Program-made: the position numbers and the translations under genes
Notes under the pieces: model-generated
What the model was told of the DNA's origin: nothing
What the model saw: only the letters and a program-made list of their open reading frames with translations
Databases searched by the model: none
Source: Candidatus Saccharimonadota bacterium
GTDB taxonomy: Bacteria > Patescibacteriota > Saccharimonadia > Saccharimonadales > EFPC-124
DNA length: 47,140 nt
Assembly (NCBI GenBank): GCA_016880595.1
Contig: JAEHDC010000018.1
Span: 1-47,140 of the forward strand
Reading direction: 5' to 3'
Part shown: positions 8,652 to 17,485 of the stretch, in pieces
Layout: each line of letters opens with the position of its first letter
How positions within the stretch are numbered: the stretch's first letter is position 1

Positions 8652-9458
8652 ATGACAATCCAGCAATATCTGCATCAAACAACAAACGACTTTGAAGCTG
8701 CAGGTATTATCAGTGCTAGGCTTGATGCTCAAGTTCTAATTTGCAGCTTACTCAAACAAAATAAAGCATGGCTTTTGGCGCATGGCGAACGGAAGATTTC
8801 CCCAGAAATATTACCTCAGCTCTTAGATATTACAGCACGCCGCGCCAGACGCGAGCCAATTGCTTACATTCTTGGTCGAAAAGAATTTTACGGCCGCGAT
8901 TTTTTAGTCTCCCCAGAAGTGCTAATTCCTAGACCTGCAACAGAGCAGCTCATTGACGAAATTAAAGCATTACCTCTTGCCGATCAACCAAAAATATTGG
9001 ATGTTGGCACCGGTAGCGGCATAATTGCTGTCACCTTAAATCTTGAAATGCCACAATCCCGCGTAGAGGCCAGCGATATTGACTCGAGCGCGCTACAAAT
9101 TGCCGAAAAAAATGCAGAGAAACTTGGTGCGCAACAAATACGCTTTTTTGAATCGGACCTCTTGCAGCACGCCAGTCATGATTATGATTGCATCGCTGCC
9201 AACCTGCCATACGTTGATGAGAGTTGGCAGTGCTCACCCGAAACTGCTTTTGAGCCAAAAAAGGCGATTTTCGCAAAAGACAATGGATTAATTTTTATCA
9301 AAACACTATTTCTACAGACACCAAAACACCTTAAAAGTGGGGGGTTTTTGGTATTGGAAGCCGACCCGCGTCAATTTGATAACATCAAAAAAATTGCCGA
9401 GCCAGGCTTTGAATTTATAAAAATACAGGATTTTTGCGCTGTGTTTAGCAAACGCTAG
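8652..9458 (+). CDS. prmC: Release-factor glutamine N5-methyltransferase PrmC/HemK
   Basis: SAM-binding ILDVGTGSGIIA is present, and the gene lies directly after prfA. Motif IV reads NLPY instead of NPPY. Confidence 0.85.
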   Translation: MTIQQYLHQTTNDFEAAGIISARLDAQVLICSLLKQNKAWLLAHGERKISPEILPQLLDITARRARREPIAYILGRKEFYGRDFLVSPEVLIPRPATEQLIDEIKALPLADQPKILDVGTGSGIIAVTLNLEMPQSRVEASDIDSSALQIAEKNAEKLGAQQIRFFESDLLQHASHDYDCIAANLPYVDESWQCSPETAFEPKKAIFAKDNGLIFIKTLFLQTPKHLKSGGFLVLEADPRQFDNIKKIAEPGFEFIKIQDFCAVFSKR

Positions 9459-10015
9459 TTTTTTATTAAACCTTCAATTGAGCCGGCATTTCTTAAAATT
9501 TCAGCTGCACTTACGAGCGAAAAATGCGTGGGCATTCTTTGCATAGCCTGATCGTAATTTAGTAGCTGAATACTAATTTTCTCGCCCGAACCGTGAGTCG
9601 GTGCACTCACACTTTGCACATCCCAGGCAACAAAAATATAAACAAACCATTCAATCTCATCTGATGGCTGAGCTGCCGCAGCAAGCCTCCAGTGATCAAA
9701 GACCATGCCAGTTTCTTCCATCATCTCTCTTTTTGCACAGTCCAGCTCTGTTTCTTGTGGCCGATCATGGCGCCCCCCAGGCAACGTCAAGCCACTACGT
9801 TTTTGACCAGGTTGTTCATCTTGTAGGAAAATCAGCTTTCCATCTTTTATTGCTAAAACCTTAACAGTATCAACACGCTTGAGCATTTCAAATACAGATG
9901 TAGTGCCGTCGTACATTTTTTGCGGCCAGTGATAAATATCATAAATTTTACCCCTAAATACCGGCTTTGCGGTATTAGGAATTAAATGCGCGTTTTCTGG
10001 AATAACAGTGCGCAT
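9455..10015 (-). CDS. NUDIX hydrolase
   Basis: The Nudix box GGRHDRPQETELDCAKREMMEETGM is present. Confidence 0.8.
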   Translation of the reverse strand: MRTVIPENAHLIPNTAKPVFRGKIYDIYHWPQKMYDGTTSVFEMLKRVDTVKVLAIKDGKLIFLQDEQPGQKRSGLTLPGGRHDRPQETELDCAKREMMEETGMVFDHWRLAAAAQPSDEIEWFVYIFVAWDVQSVSAPTHGSGEKISIQLLNYDQAMQRMPTHFSLVSAAEILRNAGSIEGLIKN

Positions 10016-11212
10016 TTACTGAGGGTACTCGGCAAGCGTTACGCTAACCGTTTGCTCTTTACCACCACGAATCAGAGTGAGCTCAACCTTGTCGCCTGGA
10101 GAATATTGTGCAATTAGCGTTGCAAAGCCTTTGCCCGGTTCAATTTCAGTACCATCAACCTTTGTGATTATATCGCCTGCCTGCAAGCTTGCCTTTTCGG
10201 CAGGACTATTAGAGACTACTGCCGACTGGCCATTACTAGCAGCTACCAGCGCACCCTTCGTCACACTTACGCCAAGCTCTTCGGCGTTTTCTGGAGTAAT
10301 TGTCACGTAACGCACACCAACATACGCTTTCGAGAGTTTACCAGTGCTAATAACTGAGGCAATTTCTGTTTTTGCGGCATTTATTGGTATAGCAAAGCCA
10401 ATTGATTCACCATCAGACGAGACGGCCGTATTTATACCAATCACCTCACCTTTTAGGTTCACCAAAGGTCCACCGGAATTACCAAGGTTTATAGCCGCAT
10501 CAGTTTGGAACATATCTTCAAGTTGCTCAGTCGTAGTACCAGTTTCATCTGATGCCGTAAGCGGTCTACCAACACCTGAGATAATTCCGCTAGTTACACT
10601 ATTGCGGAAAATACCCAAAGCGTTGCCAATTGCAATAACCTGCTGTCCAGCCGCCACATCATTTGAATCACCAATCTGCGCCGCAGTCAGACCACTAACA
10701 TCATTAATTTTTATAAAAGCAATATCATTACTCGGGTCACGGCCAACAACTTCAACGTCTGTATATTCTTGACCGTCACTTGTTACTACATTGATGCTTT
10801 GAGTTCCTTCTGGTACTACATGCTTATTAGTCAAAATATAGCCATCTTCGGAGATGATTATGCCACTGCCGGAGCCCTCACTTGTATAGCCGTTCGAACT
10901 TGTATAGCCATTAGTTGAAGTGCTTACAATTTCAGTTGTAATTGCCACCGCGCTTGGACTAACTCTATTAAATACCTCAGATATAACTTCACTCTGTTGC
11001 ATCACAATCGTTTGGCTATTGTCATTAATAGTTTCGGCGTCAATCTTAACTATACCGAGCCTAATAACCGCCCAAACACTTATAAAGCTGACGGCCATGC
11101 AAAGTAAGGCTATGCCTAGTATTAGCCAAATCTTCTTTTTTAAATTCTTATTTATTTTGCCTGATTTTGATTTACTCTTCAGTGGCGCCGGTTCGATAAT
11201 TGCATTACTCAT
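10016..11212 (-). CDS. htrA: HtrA/DegP-family serine protease with N-terminal membrane anchor and C-terminal PDZ
   Basis: The catalytic triad contexts TNKHVV, NDIAFIK and GNSGGPLVN are present. The PDZ-like tail reads SPAEKASLQAGDIITKVDG. Confidence 0.9.
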   Translation of the reverse strand: MSNAIIEPAPLKSKSKSGKINKNLKKKIWLILGIALLCMAVSFISVWAVIRLGIVKIDAETINDNSQTIVMQQSEVISEVFNRVSPSAVAITTEIVSTSTNGYTSSNGYTSEGSGSGIIISEDGYILTNKHVVPEGTQSINVVTSDGQEYTDVEVVGRDPSNDIAFIKINDVSGLTAAQIGDSNDVAAGQQVIAIGNALGIFRNSVTSGIISGVGRPLTASDETGTTTEQLEDMFQTDAAINLGNSGGPLVNLKGEVIGINTAVSSDGESIGFAIPINAAKTEIASVISTGKLSKAYVGVRYVTITPENAEELGVSVTKGALVAASNGQSAVVSNSPAEKASLQAGDIITKVDGTEIEPGKGFATLIAQYSPGDKVELTLIRGGKEQTVSVTLAEYPQ

Positions 11213-11215
11213 ATG

Positions 11216-11980
11216 CTATACTGTCACATCCCATGGTGAAGATATTATTATTATTGCCAACAACGCCGCGCCAAACAATATTGAATTGCGCACCGTTGTC
11301 TTTGTTAATTTTTCGCTCTTTACGTAATCATAAACTTTTGCAACGCAATAGCCCATAACTAACATAATGGGAGCAATTTGAGGAATCTTTATTGATAATC
11401 CAACGTCATAAATATTTGTCCAATGGTACAAAAGCCAGGCAAGCTCTAAGGAGAATAATCCCCATATTGTAGATAACAACTCGATGTATGGCTCTTCATA
11501 ATTACTAACAACGTGTCTAGCCGAGACGTAGCCAATTAGCCAACAAGAAAGCATGGTTATGTATTCTGGCAATATTACTGAATATTGAAAAACCGTTACC
11601 AGACCAACAAATTGCGCTATTCCGGCCTGCAACAGAACACCTTTTCTACTGGAGCGCGGCTTTATTGCCAATAACCAAGCTCCGTAAAGCACAGCCAAAA
11701 CAACTTGCAGCGCAAACTGATCTGATGCAATGTAAATTAGGCCTACAGCACTTATGCCGACCATTATATCAACAAGATTTGCCTTAATGTTAGTCCACCA
11801 AAACCGTGGGCGTAATGCGAATATTCGCCATTTACTTAAAATAACAAGGGCAAAAGCAAGATATGGTGGATCCAAACGAACCAAAAACAAAATTGCAATA
11901 GGCATTAAGAGGTTTAGACCGAAGTAGACCGCTTCGCTGGCTTTGTTACGTGTAGCTTTGGCTCGTAAAAAATCTATCAC
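11216..11980 (-). CDS. Hypothetical polytopic membrane protein (GTG start)
   Basis: There are about seven hydrophobic segments and no recognised motif. TGcTATAAT lies 9 nt upstream of the GTG. Confidence 0.6.
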   Translation of the reverse strand: MIDFLRAKATRNKASEAVYFGLNLLMPIAILFLVRLDPPYLAFALVILSKWRIFALRPRFWWTNIKANLVDIMVGISAVGLIYIASDQFALQVVLAVLYGAWLLAIKPRSSRKGVLLQAGIAQFVGLVTVFQYSVILPEYITMLSCWLIGYVSARHVVSNYEEPYIELLSTIWGLFSLELAWLLYHWTNIYDVGLSIKIPQIAPIMLVMGYCVAKVYDYVKSEKLTKTTVRNSILFGAALLAIIIISSPWDVTV

Positions 11981-11989
11981 AATATTTTT

Positions 11990-11998
11990 ATTATAGCA
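11990..11998 (-). promoter_or_regulatory. Extended -10 (TGcTATAAT) 9 nt upstream of GTG 11980
   Basis: The minus strand reads ggTGcTATAATaaaaatattGTG. Confidence 0.45.
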
Positions 11999-12039
11999 CC
12001 TTACTGCTGAGAGAAAACTTATGGTTACACTATTCCGCT

Positions 12040-13776
12040 TTACTTTCCAACAATCACTACAAAATTAGCCGTAGATGTAATGCCAGACGGCAGCGTCGTT
12101 GCCGTGACTTCAACGCCCAACAAGTCTTTGAGCTTCTGCAAAGTAGCTGGCATCGTACCGCCAGAAAGGTCGTAAAGCATTATCGGTTCTGTGCCATATG
12201 AAGTTGAAATCGTATCAACCGTACCGACAGTTAAATTCTTAGCCGTTATCTCATCAGCTTGCGTTTGGGCCACACCGGTTGTACCGCTAGCATTAAATAC
12301 ATCAATTGTAGCGCCTTCTTTAGAGGCAGCATCAGTTGTAGACAACTTGTAAATAGCCGCCTGGATGTCAGAGTAATCAAAGTTACCAGCATTAGGACAA
12401 ATGTCACCACTGTAACAGTCAGCTGTAGCAAGCGGATTATCGCTATCTTCAAGGCTAAAGGAGGTAATGTTTTCTGTTGCAACGTTTTGACCAAGCTTAA
12501 TCAGTGTCTTAATTTCGTCAGCTGCAAAATTGGTTCGCAGATTATTGCCGAGTGTGGTAAGTAAGTTATTCACAGCCACAGGATTAGCCAACACACCAGC
12601 ACTCACTGCCTTATCTTTTAGTGCAATCAGGATTTTACGTTGGTTGTCTTCGCGATCCGGATTTGAACGACTTAGCCCATAAGTTGGCGACGTGTCACCT
12701 CTTGCACGCGCCAAAGCCAGTGCATGAACGCCATCAAGTGTAACTGGCCCATTCTCGTATTTAACATAATAACAAGTGTAATTGCACATCCAGTCGAAGT
12801 TACGGTCTAGAATACCGCGGGAATCATCACTTTCTATCGTTACTGTAATTCCTCCAACAGCGTCAACAGCCTCCTTGAGAACGGTATAATTGACATGCAC
12901 GGCATATTGAATATCTAGGCCTAGAACCTCTCCAACCTTGTCGCCCAGTGCAGCTGCGGCAGCCTCCTCTCCAAAATCTTGGTTGCAGCTATAAATAACA
13001 TTAATTTTGCCCTCTGTTCCAGAATCGCAGCTTTGCCCGTACTTGACATGCAGATCGCGCGGTATACTAACAATATAAGCATTGTTAGTAGTTTGATTTA
13101 TACTAACAACCATAATTGAATCTGTTAAATTAGCACCTGGGTGATCGGCATCATCCTCAGATGTACCAAATAAGACAATGTTGCTACGGCCGTTCTCATC
13201 CTCCTGCAAAGGCTGCGCTTCGTCAAAAATAGCCGATATAACATTGCCGCTAAAAATTTGGTTGCCGGCGTATAAAAATTTATATATAAAGTATCCGCCC
13301 ACGCCCAAAATAGCTACAATCAGGGTAGTAATAATCGTAACTATTATCTTCTTTTTTCTTGACCACTTTTTACGCAAACGGTTATTCCTGTCTTTTCGGC
13401 TTTCTGGTTTTTTGCCATTTTTTTTAAAGAAGCCACCAGATTTCTTTTTTGGCTGATCGTCGTCCAAATTAAGATCAATACCAATCTTTTCTCTATTTGC
13501 CTGAGGTGCGACAAACTGTTGTGGGTTTGACACCAAACTTGAACTTGATGGACTTTGCAGTCCCACCGAGCTTGGTCGGCGCACGGCCTGAGCACTTTGC
13601 ACTGAGTTATCTAAAAAGCGACTCGGAACATTAACGCCAGACAAATTACGCTGCCTTGGATCCGCGCTACTGCTTTTAGCACGCCTCCTGAGTATAAAAC
13701 CATCTGTGTTATTATTATCTCGATTCATAAACAATTGCTTTAAACTATAGCGCTTTTGAGCCGAGTAGTAAACCAT
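12040..13776 (-). CDS. LytR-CpsA-Psr (LCP) family cell-envelope phosphotransferase with a long basic N-terminal tail
   Basis: After a single TM segment come LFGTSEDD...DSIMVVSINQ...SIPRDL and R-rich LCP core motifs, followed by a C-terminal LytR_C-like module. The start is uncertain; ATG 13728 is an alternative. Confidence 0.8.
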   Translation of the reverse strand: MVYYSAQKRYSLKQLFMNRDNNNTDGFILRRRAKSSSADPRQRNLSGVNVPSRFLDNSVQSAQAVRRPSSVGLQSPSSSSLVSNPQQFVAPQANREKIGIDLNLDDDQPKKKSGGFFKKNGKKPESRKDRNNRLRKKWSRKKKIIVTIITTLIVAILGVGGYFIYKFLYAGNQIFSGNVISAIFDEAQPLQEDENGRSNIVLFGTSEDDADHPGANLTDSIMVVSINQTTNNAYIVSIPRDLHVKYGQSCDSGTEGKINVIYSCNQDFGEEAAAAALGDKVGEVLGLDIQYAVHVNYTVLKEAVDAVGGITVTIESDDSRGILDRNFDWMCNYTCYYVKYENGPVTLDGVHALALARARGDTSPTYGLSRSNPDREDNQRKILIALKDKAVSAGVLANPVAVNNLLTTLGNNLRTNFAADEIKTLIKLGQNVATENITSFSLEDSDNPLATADCYSGDICPNAGNFDYSDIQAAIYKLSTTDAASKEGATIDVFNASGTTGVAQTQADEITAKNLTVGTVDTISTSYGTEPIMLYDLSGGTMPATLQKLKDLLGVEVTATTLPSGITSTANFVVIVGK

Positions 13777-13857
13777 TTACGCATGATATTTTATAATTCT
13801 GAGATCAAACTTAATCGAATAATAGACTAGATTTTTAGTTGCTACCCCTGTATTATT

Positions 13858-14982
13858 ATGCTTATGGATCCCAATAAGCCAAATGGCTCGATGCCAACAA
13901 ATGAACAGACCAACCCTGCGCCTGATAATCTTCAGGTAAAAGCTTACCCCAATGAACAAATCTTGGCACCAGCGGGACAGGCGCAATATCAACAGAATGC
14001 TGTCAATAATACACCAAAAATTTTACCGCAACAGAACGATCAACAGGTCGCTTCCGCCCCTCAAACACAGCCAGCGCCAAGCTTCCAACGGCTAACTCCG
14101 CAGGGCGAGGCTGGTAGCGTTCAAGAGCCAATTTTAATTACTACCCCCACAGAGATTCCGCCAACCCAAGCATTAACACCCGTCACGCCCACTCAAGGCG
14201 CTACAACGGCTCAAGTCCAAAACGCGCCATTTGACCCTAGCCGTGTAAAGGCATACGCATCTTCAACACCGATTAATCCAATTACAGCATCCTACACGCC
14301 AGCACCGGGTACGCATATACCCGATGAAGTTGCCGCGAAGATCAATGAAACACCATTACAAAGCTCAGCTGATATTCTAAAACAAGGCAAAAAGGGCTCA
14401 AGTTTAGCCAGACTAAGAAGTGCCGCATCAATTTTTATCTTTATAGGCGCAATCATTATTGCCGCTTTCTTAATTAACTTGACGGTATTCCAAAGCTACT
14501 ACGTAGACGGCTCTAGCATGACACCAACGCTCCAAAACAATGACCGCTTAATCATTAGCAAAGTTGAGCGGACATTATCTATCATACAAAGCAAAACGTA
14601 TATTCCTGAGCGAGGCCAAATAGTTACTTTAGACAGCTCAATCACTGGCTTAAATGGTCAAAAGGAGCAGCTAATAAAGCGCGTTATTGGCCTGCCTGGC
14701 GATCGCGTACAAATTAGCAATGGCGTTGTAACAATAACAAACTCGGATTATCCAAACGGCGTAAATATTGACCAAGAATTGGGCTTAACTAATCTTGACG
14801 CAACCTACACAGATTCACCAGTGGACGTCATCGTGCCTCAGGGCGCCGTTTACGTTATGGGAGACAACCGTAAACAAGGCGGAAGCTACGATTCACGCTC
14901 TTTTGGCGCAGTTAGCGGTGACAAAATTAGAGGACGTTTATGGGCGCGCGTTCTGCCGCTAGATCAAGCAAGGTTATATTAA
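13858..14982 (+). CDS. lepB: Signal peptidase I with a ~188-aa Pro/Gln/Thr-rich N-terminal extension
   Basis: Contains GSSMTPTL (catalytic Ser), KRVIGLPGD (catalytic Lys) and GDNRKQGGSYDSR. Confidence 0.85.
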   Translation: MLMDPNKPNGSMPTNEQTNPAPDNLQVKAYPNEQILAPAGQAQYQQNAVNNTPKILPQQNDQQVASAPQTQPAPSFQRLTPQGEAGSVQEPILITTPTEIPPTQALTPVTPTQGATTAQVQNAPFDPSRVKAYASSTPINPITASYTPAPGTHIPDEVAAKINETPLQSSADILKQGKKGSSLARLRSAASIFIFIGAIIIAAFLINLTVFQSYYVDGSSMTPTLQNNDRLIISKVERTLSIIQSKTYIPERGQIVTLDSSITGLNGQKEQLIKRVIGLPGDRVQISNGVVTITNSDYPNGVNIDQELGLTNLDATYTDSPVDVIVPQGAVYVMGDNRKQGGSYDSRSFGAVSGDKIRGRLWARVLPLDQARLY

Positions 14983-14993
14983 CCGATCTCCTC

Positions 14994-15881
14994 CTAATTT
15001 AATAAAGATTGGGTTATGCGCTCAAGGTCGTCATCTGACTTAAATTCAATAATCAGCCTCCCACCATGCGCCATGTTGCGAACTGCAACTTTTGTGCCTA
15101 ATCTCTTAGCTAAAGCTTGCGTAGCAGGCGTTTCACTGCGCGTTTTTGCTTTGGCTTTTTCTGAGTTTTTGGTTCCTTCTTTATAGCCAATTACAAACTG
15201 CTCAGTTTTACGCACAGACCAATTATTTGCCATAATTAGATCAAGTAGCTCCTGCTGAACCTGCGGTTCCTGAATTGCAACAATTTGCCTAGCATGGCCT
15301 TCAGTAATCTCACCTCTAATTAGCGCTGTTTTGGCATTCTCTGGCAAACTTAACAATCTTAAAGAGTTACTAACAGTACTAATTGCCTTACCGCCAGCTT
15401 TCTTGCCAATTTCTTCCAATGTCATGTTGAATTGCTGCTGAAGCTTAAGGTATGCCGTGGCAATCTCTAGCGGATTTAAGTCCTCGCGGTTTAAATTTTC
15501 TATTAATGCCAACTCAAGTTTGCGCTGATCAGAATATGTGCGAACCAAGGCCGGAATCTTCTTTTTACCAGCTATCTCTGAGGCACGCCAACGCCGCTCG
15601 CCAGCCACCAGCTCATAACCATCGCCTTTTTGAGTTACGACAATCGGCTGCAAGAGACCATGTTCATTAATTGAATTGGCTAACTCCTGAAGCGCCTCTG
15701 GGTCAAACCAACGGCGCGGCTGATGCGGATTCGGCTGAATTTTAGTAATCTCAATATCACGAAGCTCGCTTAGGGCTTTATCTTCGGCAGCGCTTGGGTC
15801 AAAAGATTCATCAAGCAAAGTTGTTGGGATAAGCGAATCAAACCCTCGCCCCAGACCACGCGTAGATTGTTTTTTAGACAC
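14994..15881 (-). CDS. parB: Chromosome partitioning protein ParB
   Basis: Contains IQPNPHQPRRWFDPEALQELANSINEHGLLQPIVV and GERRWRAS. It overlaps the parA stop by 8 nt. Confidence 0.9.
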   Translation of the reverse strand: MSKKQSTRGLGRGFDSLIPTTLLDESFDPSAAEDKALSELRDIEITKIQPNPHQPRRWFDPEALQELANSINEHGLLQPIVVTQKGDGYELVAGERRWRASEIAGKKKIPALVRTYSDQRKLELALIENLNREDLNPLEIATAYLKLQQQFNMTLEEIGKKAGGKAISTVSNSLRLLSLPENAKTALIRGEITEGHARQIVAIQEPQVQQELLDLIMANNWSVRKTEQFVIGYKEGTKNSEKAKAKTRSETPATQALAKRLGTKVAVRNMAHGGRLIIEFKSDDDLERITQSLLN

Positions 15882-16632
15882 GACTCAACACCTCCTTTGC
15901 TAGCGTCTTATAAGCTCTCGCGCCCTTACTCCAGCGGTCATAAACGCCAACAGGCAGACCATGGCTCGGCGCTTCCGCTAAGCGGATATTGCGCGGAATA
16001 ACAGTTTTAAATACCTTATCCGGAAAATGTTTTTGAACCTCAGCCTGAACCTGCGCGCTCAAGGTGGTGCGAGAATCAACCATAGTCACCACAACCCCAA
16101 GAAGATTAAGCTCAGGATTCAAGCCTTTTTTTACAAGCTGCATAGTCTCGAGCAGTTGCCCAAGACCCTCCAGCGCATAAAACTCTGCTTGAACTGGCAA
16201 TAACAAATGATCTGCGGCTATTAATGCATTTACTGTTAATAAACTTAAGCTTGGTGGACAATCAATGACAACTACGTCATAACTGTGCGAGGAAAGCGCT
16301 TGTTTTAGCCTCGTAAACTTTTGCTGTTTATTTGCTAGCTCAGCTTCATAATTAGCCATCTGCGGAATGGTTGGCAGTAAATACAAGCGTTTCTGACCGC
16401 TATCAACAACACAATCGCTTAGCGATGCCTTATGTTCCATTGCATCAATAACAGTGTAGCGCAGCTGTCGTTTATCCACACCTAAACCACTCGTCGCATT
16501 CCCCTGCGGATCAAAGTCAACTAAAAGTACGGATTTACCGCCTTTTGCCAAATAGTGAGCTAGGTTTACAGCCGTGGTAGTCTTACCTACGCCGCCCTTT
16601 TGATTTGTTACTGCAATTATTTTGCCAGCCAT
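15874..16632 (-). CDS. parA: Chromosome partitioning ATPase ParA/Soj
   Basis: Deviant Walker A motif NQKGGVGKTTTAVNLA is present. Start set to ATG 16632, because the track's extension runs through the rplU terminator. Confidence 0.9.
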   Translation of the reverse strand: MAGKIIAVTNQKGGVGKTTTAVNLAHYLAKGGKSVLLVDFDPQGNATSGLGVDKRQLRYTVIDAMEHKASLSDCVVDSGQKRLYLLPTIPQMANYEAELANKQQKFTRLKQALSSHSYDVVVIDCPPSLSLLTVNALIAADHLLLPVQAEFYALEGLGQLLETMQLVKKGLNPELNLLGVVVTMVDSRTTLSAQVQAEVQKHFPDKVFKTVIPRNIRLAEAPSHGLPVGVYDRWSKGARAYKTLAKEVLSRV

Positions 16633-16669
16633 CTTTAATTTTCTGTTTCCCTCTCTGTTGCTGAGCATT

Positions 16670-16698
16670 ATTGTAGCAGCTTTTGCTAATTCTTGGAA
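16670..16698 (-). promoter_or_regulatory. parAB promoter TTCCAA-17-TACAAT
   Basis: It lies between the rplU terminator and the parA ATG at 16632. Confidence 0.45.
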
Positions 16699-16710
16699 CA
16701 GTTTTAGATT

Positions 16711-16736
16711 CAAAAACCGCCCTATTTTTAGGGCGG
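16711..16736 (-). terminator. Rho-independent terminator after rplU
   Basis: The minus strand reads CCGCCCUaaaaauAGGGCGG followed by UUUUUG. Confidence 0.7.
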
Positions 16737-16743
16737 CTGCTTA

Positions 16744-17055
16744 TTATTTAGTTTTGATCGAGTCAATCTTAATTTTTGTCATTTTTTGACGATGACCAGT
16801 CATGGTTTTCTCTCGTTTTTTAGACTTAAACTTCATGACTTGAATTTTTTCGCTCTTGACTTCCGGCTCAACAACCGTAGCTTTTACGCTTGCGCCTTTA
16901 ACCACCGGTTTGCCGACCGTTGCGGACTTGTCGTCGAAGACCATTAATGGCTCAAGCTCGACAGTTTTAGTTTCATCTGCCAAACGGTCAACCAAAAGTG
17001 TCTGGTTTTCAGAGACAATGTATTGCTTGCCACCAATTTTAATAACTGCTTTCAT
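16744..17055 (-). CDS. rplU: 50S ribosomal protein L21
   Basis: MKAVIKIGGKQYIVSENQTLLVDRL... has the typical L21 N-terminus and length. Confidence 0.95.
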   Translation of the reverse strand: MKAVIKIGGKQYIVSENQTLLVDRLADETKTVELEPLMVFDDKSATVGKPVVKGASVKATVVEPEVKSEKIQVMKFKSKKREKTMTGHRQKMTKIKIDSIKTK

Positions 17056-17126
17056 GATAATTCTTTGCTTAAAGATTATAAATTGTATCTAGTAAATTTT
17101 AACAGATTACGCTGTAAGTGTAAAGG

Positions 17127-17333
17127 CTATTCTTCAGCATTATTTTGAGCGAGGTCGTTAAGTGCGTCATCCCAAAATTCCGAAAGCTGCTCACCATTTG
17201 CTTCTTCGTTAAGTTGCCACCTGTCTTCTGAACGCTCGTTTTCTTCACGGATGGCATTTGTTAGCTCATCGTCATCATCTTCCACCGGAGCAAATTGCAT
17301 ATCATGATGTGGGATTATATCTTTTATTATCAT
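17127..17333 (-). CDS. Hypothetical very acidic 68-aa protein
   Basis: AAAGGT SD lies 8 nt upstream, and a TTGACC-17-TAATGT promoter precedes it. By my count there are 22 Asp/Glu against 4 Lys/Arg. Confidence 0.55.
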   Translation of the reverse strand: MIIKDIIPHHDMQFAPVEDDDDELTNAIREENERSEDRWQLNEEANGEQLSEFWDDALNDLAQNNAEE

Positions 17334-17354
17334 TTTGTTTTACCTTTAGATTTA

Positions 17355-17383
17355 ACATTAGCATGATTGCCTTTTTCGGTCAA
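17355..17383 (-). promoter_or_regulatory. Promoter TTGACC-17-TAATGT for the acidic 68-aa protein gene
   Basis: The -35 lies at 17378-17383 and the -10 at 17355-17360. Confidence 0.45.
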
Positions 17384-17485
17384 ACACAAAAACGCCCTTG
17401 CTTTGCGACGCAACTTGATATATAACTTAAACAGTTGCAGCGCAAATGTGCCGCAAAAAAAAACACTTCCACAAGGAAGGTTGCC

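Noticed and set aside
10881-10913. An 18-nt tandem duplication in htrA encoding NGYTS-SNGYTS. A similar 21-nt-period repeat (ctagaccatggNaat) lies in the giant gene at 39113-39148 and encodes LDHGN twice.
   Set aside because: These are short in-frame slippage duplications in linker regions. There are too few copies to be phase-variable tracts or functional repeats.
16472-16480. A perfect DnaA-box nonamer TTATCCACA near parAB, suggesting a replication origin.
   Set aside because: It is a single copy inside the parA coding sequence. There is no cluster, no AT-rich unwinding element and no dnaA nearby. I also found no 16-bp parS palindrome.
16633-16713. N-terminal extensions proposed by the ORF track for parA. 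Similar extensions are proposed for nrdJ (25581-25694), rpsA (44273-44326), frr (3953-3994), the TerC-like gene (6018-6110) and the giant gene (37334-37345).
   Set aside because: The extensions run through a terminator or promoter, or lack an SD. Internal ATGs give canonical N-termini with appropriate signals.
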